Shown here: positions 26,486-33,816 of the stretch, one piece after another
Layout: every line of letters begins with the position of its first letter
Position numbering within the stretch: the stretch's first letter is position 1
Origin: Patescibacteria group bacterium
GTDB taxonomy: Bacteria > Patescibacteriota > Minisyncoccia > Phycocordibacterales > JBBUEZ01
Direction of reading: 5' to 3'
Assembly: GCA_038056715.1 (NCBI GenBank)
Contig: JBBUEZ010000012.1
Location: 1 to 33,816 of the forward strand
DNA length: 33,816 nucleotides
Program-made: the position numbers and the translations under genes
Notes under the pieces: model-generated
Seen by the model: only the letters and a program-made list of their open reading frames with translations
Databases searched by the model: none
What the model was told of the DNA's origin: nothing

Positions 26486-27757
26486 ATGCAATCTTTTCTT
26501 CAAAAACTAAAAACGCTCATGCTCGACTCGGTGCTTAGAAAGCGCATCTTGTTTATTTTCTTTGCGCTTGTCGTATTCCGCGCGCTCGCATCCATTCCCA
26601 TTCCCGGTGTTGATGTGAGCCGTTTTGGAGAACTTCTTTCTCAAAATCAATTTTTGGGACTTTTGAACATTTTTTCCGGAGGCGGTCTTAACAATTTGTC
26701 GCTTGTCATGTTGGGTGTTGCCCCATATATCACCGCGTCTATTATTATGCAGTTGGGGACGATTCTCTCAAAGCGCTTGAAAGCGCTCTATCATGAAGAG
26801 GGTGAGGCGGGGCGCAAGCGCTTCTCCCAATATTCACGACTGCTCTCTGTCCCGCTTGCGATCACGCAAGGGTTCGGTCTTATTTTACTGCTTACGCGCC
26901 AGGGCATCATTGCGCCATTCTCTCCATTTGACTGGGTTGTCAATCTTGCGGTGGTGGTTGCAGGGTCACTTCTTATTATGTGGATAGGCGAACTCATCAG
27001 CGAATTTGGCATCGGAAACGGCGTTTCAATCATTATTTTTGCCGGCATTGTTGCGTCGTTGCCGGGGACTTTGGCGCAACTCGCGTTCTCCTTTGATATA
27101 GCGCAGATTCCGCTGTATATCGGATTTGTCGCCGCCGCGGTCGCCGTTGTCGCCGGAGTCGTATTTATCACTGAATCAGAACGCCCGATCCCCGTTACCT
27201 ATGCGAAACGCGTGCGCGGCAACAAAATGTATGGCGGCGTGTCAACCTATATTCCGCTTCGGGTGAATCAGGCGGGCGTGATCCCTATCATTTTTGCTCT
27301 TTCCATCTTGCTTATCCCGCAGATGATTGCCGGGTTTGTGGCGCAATCGGGAAATGAAATGATTCGCGGTATCGCCGAGGCAGTCGTTTCCTTTCTTAAT
27401 AATGGCTGGTTTTATTCCAGTTTTTACTTCATTCTTGTATTTTTGTTCACCTATTTTTATACCGCCGTTACCTTTGACCCGAACGCGATTGCGACGAATC
27501 TTCAGAAGGGCGGCGCGTTTATTCCGGGGGTGCGTCCGGGCGCCCAGACATCAGAACACATTGCGCATATTCTGACTCGCATTACGTTTGTCGGCGCGCT
27601 TTTCTTGGGACTTATCGCAGTATTGCCGCTCGTCATGCAGGCAATCACCGGCATTACCGCGCTTGCAATCGGCGGCACCGCGCTCCTCATCGTTGTATCG
27701 GTTGTCATTGACCTCATCAAAAAGATAGACGCCCAGCTTTCGCTTCGTGAATATTAA
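26486..27757 (+). CDS. secY: Preprotein translocase subunit SecY
   Basis: PYITASII, GIGNGVS, AGVIPIIFA, IPGVRPG, GGTALLIVV. Confidence 0.99.
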   Translation: MQSFLQKLKTLMLDSVLRKRILFIFFALVVFRALASIPIPGVDVSRFGELLSQNQFLGLLNIFSGGGLNNLSLVMLGVAPYITASIIMQLGTILSKRLKALYHEEGEAGRKRFSQYSRLLSVPLAITQGFGLILLLTRQGIIAPFSPFDWVVNLAVVVAGSLLIMWIGELISEFGIGNGVSIIIFAGIVASLPGTLAQLAFSFDIAQIPLYIGFVAAAVAVVAGVVFITESERPIPVTYAKRVRGNKMYGGVSTYIPLRVNQAGVIPIIFALSILLIPQMIAGFVAQSGNEMIRGIAEAVVSFLNNGWFYSSFYFILVFLFTYFYTAVTFDPNAIATNLQKGGAFIPGVRPGAQTSEHIAHILTRITFVGALFLGLIAVLPLVMQAITGITALAIGGTALLIVVSVVIDLIKKIDAQLSLREY

Positions 27758-27769
27758 AAGAAAGTGTAC

Positions 27770-27843
27770 AGTATAAGGGATTGGCATGAGGGCGCGCCGA
27801 CACGGACACGCGGCTCCCTTATACTAATACCTTATACTTATTC
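27770..27843. repeat. AGTAT-family hairpin element (secY/adk)
   Basis: AGTATAAGGGA ... TCCCTTATACTAATACCTTATACTTATTC. Confidence 0.7.
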
Positions 27844-27849
27844 CTCCTC

Positions 27850-28455
27850 ATGCAACCACACACATTCATCTTTTTTGGCCGTTCCGGATCGGGGAAAGGC
27901 ACTCAAGCGAAACGGCTTACTTCTTTTTTAAACGAGAAGACGCCGCGAAAAGCATTATATATTGAAACAGGGCAAAGATTCCGCGAATTTATTGAGCAGA
28001 ACAACAATTTTTCAAGCATGCTGACGCGCGATGTTATGGAAAATGGCGGGCTCATGCCGGAATTTCTTCCGATTTGGATTTGGACTGATTTTTTGGTCAA
28101 GAATTTTACGGGAGAGGAACACTTGGTCTTGGACGGATTATCGCGGCGCATTGACGAGGCGCCGATTTTGGAAAACGCGCTCCGTTTTTATCGTCGCGAA
28201 CATACGTTCGCCGTTTATCTTAATGTGTCGCGCGAAAAAGCATTTGCCATGCTGAAGGGGCGCGGGCGAGAAGATGACACTGATGAATACATCAACAACC
28301 GATTGGATTGGTTTGAAAATACTGTTATGCCCGTTGTTAATCATTTCAAGTCACGAGACGGATTCCAGCTCTTAGACGTAAACGGCGAACAGTCAATTGA
28401 AAAAGTGCATGAAGACATTTTGCGCGCTTCCGGTCTCGCGCAACACATAATCTGA
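27850..28455 (+). CDS. adk: Adenylate kinase family protein (short LID)
   Basis: GRSGSGKGTQA P-loop, LDG..R, REDD; located between secY and map. Confidence 0.88.
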   Translation: MQPHTFIFFGRSGSGKGTQAKRLTSFLNEKTPRKALYIETGQRFREFIEQNNNFSSMLTRDVMENGGLMPEFLPIWIWTDFLVKNFTGEEHLVLDGLSRRIDEAPILENALRFYRREHTFAVYLNVSREKAFAMLKGRGREDDTDEYINNRLDWFENTVMPVVNHFKSRDGFQLLDVNGEQSIEKVHEDILRASGLAQHII

Positions 28456-28494
28456 TTCCATTCGGACATCCGATGTCCAAGCAGAAGATCATAC

Positions 28495-29259
28495 ATGGCG
28501 AAGACAATATACACGCAGAAAGAAATAGTAATCTTGCGCGAATGCGGCAAGCGTCTTTCGTGCGTGTTAAAAGAAGTGGCAAGAAACACTGTGCCGGGGG
28601 CGACGGGAAGTGAGATTGATTTTCTCGCGCGAGACCTTATCAGAAAAGGCGGGGATGAGCCGGCGTTTTTGAATTACACGCCCGATGGCGCAAAGCGCCC
28701 GTATCCCGCGGCGCTGTGCGTTTCAATAAATGACAATGTTGTGCATGGGATTCCTGATGACGTACCGCTCAAGGAGGGCGATATTGTGAGTCTTGACCTT
28801 GGTATTACGCACAAAGGGCTTATTACAGACATGGCGGTGACGGTTCCGGTCGGGAAAGTTGATAAAACGGCGGCAAATCTCATTTCCTCCGTTCGCGAGG
28901 CGTTGGAGAACGGGATCAATGTTGCGCGTGCCGGCAAAAGAGTCGGAGATATTTCCGATGCAATCGCATCTGTCGCGGAGAAATATGGATTTTCCGTCGT
29001 CGTTGAATTGGGCGGGCATGGAGTGGGGCACCATGTGCACGAAGAGCCGTTCGTTCCTAATATCGGACTGGCAGGAACAGGGCCACTTTTGGAAGCGGGG
29101 ATGGTGCTTGCGCTAGAGCCGATTTTTAATGAAGGTGGTGCTTCGGTGAAGATTGCGGGAGATGGATACACATACAAAACGCGCGACGGAAAACGAAGCG
29201 CGCATTACGAAAAGACGATTCTTATTACTGCCGGCGCGGCGGAGATTCTTACTCCATAA
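28495..29259 (+). CDS. map: Type I methionine aminopeptidase
   Basis: VVHGIP, GDIVSLD..D, GHGVG..HEEP, ALEP, SAHYE. Confidence 0.97.
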   Translation: MAKTIYTQKEIVILRECGKRLSCVLKEVARNTVPGATGSEIDFLARDLIRKGGDEPAFLNYTPDGAKRPYPAALCVSINDNVVHGIPDDVPLKEGDIVSLDLGITHKGLITDMAVTVPVGKVDKTAANLISSVREALENGINVARAGKRVGDISDAIASVAEKYGFSVVVELGGHGVGHHVHEEPFVPNIGLAGTGPLLEAGMVLALEPIFNEGGASVKIAGDGYTYKTRDGKRSAHYEKTILITAGAAEILTP

Positions 29260-29271
29260 CCTCTGAACGAC

Positions 29272-29883
29272 ATGAAAAAGAAAACGCAAATACTTTTCAT
29301 ACATGGCGGGATGACTTTCAAAAGCAGGAAGGATTATATTCAATATCTTAAGACGCGCGACATTTCTCTCGTGAAGAAAAAACGGTGGCACGGTGATTAT
29401 ATGGATCAGAAACTGGGAAAACGTTGTGAAATTATAAGACCCATGATGCCGATTGCGGAGAATGCAAAATATGAAGATTGGAAGATTTATTTTGAACGGT
29501 ATATCCCGCATCTGCGACATGGGGTTATTCTGATCGGTGGCTCTCTTGGAGGAATTTTTCTTGCAAAATATCTTTCGGAACATACGTTCCCCAAAAGGAT
29601 CCGTTCTATTTATCTCGTCTGTCCGCCGTTTGATAACTCTCTTCCAGGTGAAGACCTTGTGGGCGGATTTATACTTCAAAAAAATCTTTCACGCTTGGAA
29701 AAAAGCGCGCGCAGACTGACTCTCCTTTTTTCAAAAAATGACGACGTAGTTCCTCCCGCACATGCCGAGAAATATGCGCGCAAATTGAAACATGCGAATA
29801 TCATTATATACAAACATATAAAGGGACACTTCCAGATAGAGAAGTTTCCAGAGATCGTGCGTATGATAAACGATGACCTCTGA
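29272..29883 (+). CDS. Alpha/beta hydrolase (RBBP9/YdeN-like)
   Basis: FIHGG, GGSLGG nucleophile elbow, SKNDDVVP, GHF. Confidence 0.85.
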   Translation: MKKKTQILFIHGGMTFKSRKDYIQYLKTRDISLVKKKRWHGDYMDQKLGKRCEIIRPMMPIAENAKYEDWKIYFERYIPHLRHGVILIGGSLGGIFLAKYLSEHTFPKRIRSIYLVCPPFDNSLPGEDLVGGFILQKNLSRLEKSARRLTLLFSKNDDVVPPAHAEKYARKLKHANIIIYKHIKGHFQIEKFPEIVRMINDDL

Positions 29884-29900
29884 AAGACCAAGAAGTAGAA

Positions 29901-29942
29901 ATCTCATTACTATCTTACTATATAGTAAGATAGTAATGAGAT
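29901..29942. repeat. Perfect 42-bp palindrome
   Basis: ATCTCATTACTATCTTACTAT|ATAGTAAGATAGTAATGAGAT. Confidence 0.95.
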
Positions 29943-30022
29943 AATTATGCGCTCTGTATCGCATGCCCGCATCCGGAGAAAACCTCTTTCTGCTCGCGGC
30001 GCGAATGAGGTATAATGCTTCA

Positions 30023-32782
30023 ATGGAATTTCATGCGGAGAAAGAGCAATTTAAGAATCCGGAAGAAGAAATCGCATATTTGAAGGAAGAACTCGCGAGG
30101 CGCGAAGGGGCGCTTGGCCGCGCTCCGCGCGCGTCTGAACGCGAGCATCTCGCAAAGGAAACGATCGCCGCATATCAAAAAGCGGCACCGGAAAAGGTGC
30201 TGGCGGATTCGTTTCGCATGCCTGAACATGAAACGGAGGGGATTGCTCTCCGTCTTTCACCGGAGCGGCACGATACGGTCATGGAGGAGCTGCTTGGACA
30301 CTTGCAAACAGAAGGAATAAAGAATGCGTTTGGTATTGCGGAGAAACTGGGAAACCCGCATGTCATGGATGACTTTCACCGCTTTTTGGTGCAGTATCTT
30401 GCCGCGGCGGGAAGCATCCGCGGACTTTCCGAACGTGAACCGCTCTATCGCTCTTTGGATATGCGACTCTATCAGATTGCACTTCCGAAATTTACGGAAA
30501 AGAACGACCAAGACCGCGCCAAAGCACTTAAAGACATACTCTCTGCGATGGAGCAATTCTATGCGGGCATGATGTCGGTGTCCGACGGCGGGATAGCGGG
30601 CGCAGGGAAAAATTATTTTACGATTGAAATCGCGCTTCCCCATATCGGCTCCGAAGTATCCTTTTACGTCGGCGTTCCGTCGCGAAAGTCCGACCTCTTG
30701 GCAAAACAGGTGCAGGCGGTGTTTCCCGACGCGAAAATAGACGAGATGCCAGACGATTACAACATTTTCAACGACACGGGGGCGTCTGTGGGCGCCTCCG
30801 CGGAATCCTTGCGGAGCCCCGTGTTTCCGCTCAAAATGTATGACGAGTTTGATACTGACCCTCTCAACGTCATATTAAATGCGTTCTCAAAAATCGCGCA
30901 CGAGGGAGAGGGCGCGGCGATTCAGATTGTTGTCGCGCCGGCGGGGAGTTATTTCGTGAAAAAATACGGGCACGCGCTGGAAGAAGTGCGCAAAGGCGTG
31001 CCGACGAAACATGCCATCAACGTTCCTGAAGGTATCGGAGGGGAAATTATAAAAACGGTCAAGAAAGAAATTTTTGGCATCGGTGCGGTGAAGAAAAAGA
31101 AAAACCAGGACGCGTCGGAGAAACTAATCGACGACAGCGCGGTGGAGCAGATTAAGAAAAAAATCGGAAGCACGATTGTCAATACGAATATTCGCGTCAT
31201 TGCCTCCGCGAAAGACGAGACGCGCGCCCAGGCAATTTTAAGCGATATAGAGGCGGCATTCAACCAGTTTACGAACGCTCAAGGGAACGGCATCGTATGG
31301 AAATATGAAAAAGGAAGGGCGGCGCTCGCGCTCTTTAAGGAATTTTCCTACCGCGCGTGGAATGAAGGAGACGGTTTCCCGCTCAACCTCATGGAACTTT
31401 CCACCATTCTTCATTTTCCCGTGAAAGAAACGGAATCGCCGATTTTGAAAGTTGCAAAAGCCGGTACTGCCTCCGCGCCTCTTGATTTGCCGCGTGATGG
31501 CGTGCTCTTGGGCGTGAATCGCTATCGCGGCAAAGAAACACCGATTTATTTTTCCGATTCCGACCGCCTCCGCCATTTCTATGTGATTGGACAGACGGGC
31601 ACCGGAAAAACGGTGACATTTAAGAACATGATTATTCAGGATATTCAGGCCGGACGCGGCGTGTGCATGATAGACCCGCACGGAAGCGATATCCAGGATA
31701 TTCTCGCGAACATTCCCAAAGAGCGATTGGACGACGTGATTTATTTTGACCCCGGATACACGGCGCGACCGATGGGGCTCAACATGCTTGAATTTGACCC
31801 GCGATATCCTGAGCAAAAGACGCTTATTGTGGACGAACTCTTTGGCATATTCAAGAAACTCTACGGCGCGATTCCGGAATCAATGGGACCGGCATTTGAA
31901 CAGTATTTTCGCGGCGGCGCTCTGCTTGTCATGGAACATCCCGAGTCGGGGAGCACCCTCATGGAGATTTTGCGCGTTTTGTCCGATAAAAAATTTCGCG
32001 ACTTGAAACTTTCACACACGAAGAATCCGCAACTTATCATGTTTTGGCAGAATGCGGAAAAGACGAGCGGAGAACAGGGGCTCGCTAACTATGTGCCGTA
32101 TGTAACCAGTAAGTTTGACATCTTCACGCAAAACGAAATTATGCGCCCGATTATTGCGCAGGAGAAGTCCGCGTTCAACATGCGCGATGTTATGGATAAT
32201 CGGAAAATTCTTTTGGTGAATCTCTCCAAAGGGCGTTTAGGCGATATTAACTCGAATTTGATCGGTCTCATCATCGTGGGGAAGATTTTGATGGCGGCGC
32301 TCTCGCGCGTGGATTCCATAGGAAAAAATCTGCCGCCGTTTTATTTATATCTGGACGAGTTTCAAAATATCACGACGCCCTCCATTGCGACCATTCTCTC
32401 CGAGGCGCGTAAGTACGGCGTCTCGCTCAATATCGCGCACCAATTCATTGATCAGTTGGATGAAGAAATCCGCGATGCGGTATTCGGCAACGTCGGCTCC
32501 ATGGCGGTCTTTCGCGTGGGGGCAAAAGATGCCGAGTTTCTCGTGAAGCAATTTGAGCCGGTATTCTCCGAGCGTGATCTCATTAGCGTGGATAACTTCA
32601 ACGCCTATGTGCGCATGCTCGCGAACAATAAACCGACACTTCCGTTTTCCATGGAAACGTATCCATCGCCGAAAGGAAACCCTGCCGTCGTGGAAAAAAT
32701 AAAAGAACTTTCGTATCTCAAATATGGCCGCCCACGCGCGGAGGTGGAAGAGGAGATTCTCGCCCGATTTCGGAGTATATAG
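30023..32782 (+). CDS. VirD4/TraD/HerA-like P-loop ATPase (T4SS coupling-protein-like)
   Basis: RHFYVIGQTGTGKT (Walker A), IDPHG, LYLDEFQN (Walker B), LSEARKYG, AHQFIDQL. Confidence 0.88.
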   Translation: MEFHAEKEQFKNPEEEIAYLKEELARREGALGRAPRASEREHLAKETIAAYQKAAPEKVLADSFRMPEHETEGIALRLSPERHDTVMEELLGHLQTEGIKNAFGIAEKLGNPHVMDDFHRFLVQYLAAAGSIRGLSEREPLYRSLDMRLYQIALPKFTEKNDQDRAKALKDILSAMEQFYAGMMSVSDGGIAGAGKNYFTIEIALPHIGSEVSFYVGVPSRKSDLLAKQVQAVFPDAKIDEMPDDYNIFNDTGASVGASAESLRSPVFPLKMYDEFDTDPLNVILNAFSKIAHEGEGAAIQIVVAPAGSYFVKKYGHALEEVRKGVPTKHAINVPEGIGGEIIKTVKKEIFGIGAVKKKKNQDASEKLIDDSAVEQIKKKIGSTIVNTNIRVIASAKDETRAQAILSDIEAAFNQFTNAQGNGIVWKYEKGRAALALFKEFSYRAWNEGDGFPLNLMELSTILHFPVKETESPILKVAKAGTASAPLDLPRDGVLLGVNRYRGKETPIYFSDSDRLRHFYVIGQTGTGKTVTFKNMIIQDIQAGRGVCMIDPHGSDIQDILANIPKERLDDVIYFDPGYTARPMGLNMLEFDPRYPEQKTLIVDELFGIFKKLYGAIPESMGPAFEQYFRGGALLVMEHPESGSTLMEILRVLSDKKFRDLKLSHTKNPQLIMFWQNAEKTSGEQGLANYVPYVTSKFDIFTQNEIMRPIIAQEKSAFNMRDVMDNRKILLVNLSKGRLGDINSNLIGLIIVGKILMAALSRVDSIGKNLPPFYLYLDEFQNITTPSIATILSEARKYGVSLNIAHQFIDQLDEEIRDAVFGNVGSMAVFRVGAKDAEFLVKQFEPVFSERDLISVDNFNAYVRMLANNKPTLPFSMETYPSPKGNPAVVEKIKELSYLKYGRPRAEVEEEILARFRSI

Positions 32783-32792
32783 ATACGACGAT

Positions 32793-32821
32793 TTGATTTT
32801 ACGTGTCTTTATTGTTAGGAT
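32793..32821 (+). promoter_or_regulatory. Putative ndk promoter
   Basis: TTGATT-17-TAGGAT with TGn. Confidence 0.45.
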
Positions 32822-32867
32822 ATGCCCATTATTTTCAAGTTAATATCCACGTAAGAAATTTATTTAT

Positions 32868-33473
32868 ATGGCACACCCCAAAGAAGAACGAACACTTGTC
32901 ATCGTAAAACCAGACGGGATCCAACGGTCCTTGGTTGGCGAAATGGTCAAGCGATATGAACGCATCGGTCTTAAATTAGTCGGGATCAAAATGCTCGTCC
33001 CAACTGTGGAGCATGTGGAAAAACACTATACGCTTGATCCGGAATGGCGAAGGATCACCGGAGAGAAGACAATTGCCGGATATGAGAAGAAAGGGATAGA
33101 GCCACCCTCACGAGACCCGCTTGCGATCACGGCGGTTATTTTAGAAAGTCTCAAAAAGTATTTGACGGCTGGACCGGTGATCGCAATGGTATGGCAGGGC
33201 GCACACGTTGTCTCTATCGTGAGAAAAATTACGGGAGGCACCGAGCCGCTCACGTCCGATGTGGGAACCATTCGCGGGGATTATATGCTTGATTCGTATC
33301 AGATGTCCGATCAGGATAGCCGCGCGATCCGTAATCTCATACACGCATCTGGGACAGTAGGGGAGGCGGAAAAAGAGATAGCGTATTGGTTCAAGCAAGA
33401 AGAGATATTTGATTACAGGATTGTTCAAGAGCAGGTACTCTACGATGTGAATTTGGACGGAAAGAGTGAGTAG
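32868..33473 (+). CDS. ndk: Nucleoside-diphosphate kinase
   Basis: ERTLVIVKPDG, GTIRGDY, RNLIHAS. Confidence 0.96.
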   Translation: MAHPKEERTLVIVKPDGIQRSLVGEMVKRYERIGLKLVGIKMLVPTVEHVEKHYTLDPEWRRITGEKTIAGYEKKGIEPPSRDPLAITAVILESLKKYLTAGPVIAMVWQGAHVVSIVRKITGGTEPLTSDVGTIRGDYMLDSYQMSDQDSRAIRNLIHASGTVGEAEKEIAYWFKQEEIFDYRIVQEQVLYDVNLDGKSE

Positions 33474-33509
33474 TAAGAGTTAGGAATCATATGTGCGTGG
33501 CAGTCAATG

Positions 33510-33539
33510 TTGCTTTTCTTTTTCCTTTGGCGTTACAAT
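33510..33539 (+). promoter_or_regulatory. Putative sigma70 promoter of the ncRNA
   Basis: TTGCTT-18-TACAAT; predicted start near 33546 matches the 5' end of the closing stem. Confidence 0.6.
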
Positions 33540-33545
33540 AAGCAC

Positions 33546-33669
33546 AGGGTCGCTTGGGATATTATCTAGGTTATAAATATCAAGGGATTCCAACATAGCA
33601 CCGACGCCTTGGCGTTTGTGCATAGGACACCCACCTGGCTTATCGCTAGGTTAATAACCAACGGCCCTA
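33546..33669 (+). ncRNA. ssrS: Probable compact 6S RNA
   Basis: AGGGTCG(c)TTGG pairs with CCAACGGCCCT; terminal stem GCACCGACGCC/GGCGTTTGTGC; GGACACCCACCTG motif with ACCTGG/CTAGGT hairpin, as I recall from Firmicutes-type 6S; own promoter and terminator. Confidence 0.65.
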
Positions 33670-33816
33670 CCAAAGAATCTGCCGAAAAGGGCGGATTTTT
33701 TGTTGCATGCAGACATTCACCACGCGCTACGCTAGGTGCGACTGTTTTTTGACCAACGGCTCTACCAAAGAATCTGCCGAAAAGGGCGGATTTTTTGTTG
33801 CATGCAGACATTCACC
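33657..33816 (+). repeat. 65-bp direct repeat x2 (33657-33721, 33752-33816)
   Basis: One mismatch, 30-bp spacer; copy 2 reaches the window end. Confidence 0.92.
33672..33701 (+). terminator. Intrinsic terminator of the ncRNA
   Basis: AATCTGCC-gaaaag-GGCGGATT-TTTT. Confidence 0.75.

Noticed and set aside
33546-33672. tRNA or tmRNA (7-bp stem followed by ACCA)
   Set aside because: No T-arm GTTCRA, no cloverleaf, no tag ORF; rod fold and motif fit 6S better
33657-33816. Terminal direct repeat as CRISPR
   Set aside because: 65-bp unit is too long, only two copies are visible, and it duplicates an RNA 3' end plus terminator
1-33816. Alternative genetic code (UGA=Gly)
   Set aside because: rpsG, rplV and rplO end at TGA at expected lengths and no conserved gene has an internal TGA

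Overview
Bacterial chromosome segment, most likely Patescibacteria/CPR (inference: no rpmD/L30 between rpsE and rplO, ComEC split from its MBL domain, SD-less ribosomal-protein genes, CPR-type coupling ATPase; TGA is used as stop). It carries rnhA (partial), a frameshifted comEC plus its MBL-domain partner, rpmB, a four-helix-bundle gene, a site-2 protease, the str-S10-spc cluster (rpsL to secY-adk-map), a hydrolase, a VirD4/TraD-like ATPase, ndk and a probable compact 6S RNA. The main observation is that about 20 of the 25 junctions from rpsL to adk hold short hairpin elements or single arms. They are built from tandem 7-10 nt units (A-rich left arm, complementary T-rich right arm) and fall into about 8 unrelated sequence families with one shared architecture. 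Many start at the upstream stop codon and end just before the next ATG. One family also brackets the four-helix-bundle gene, which suggests a cargo-carrying form and many empty forms of one mobile or RNA-level element system. The operon is also broken by three accessory inserts, one flanked by a duplicated rplB 3' end. All calls come from reading the sequence by eye; no searches were run.
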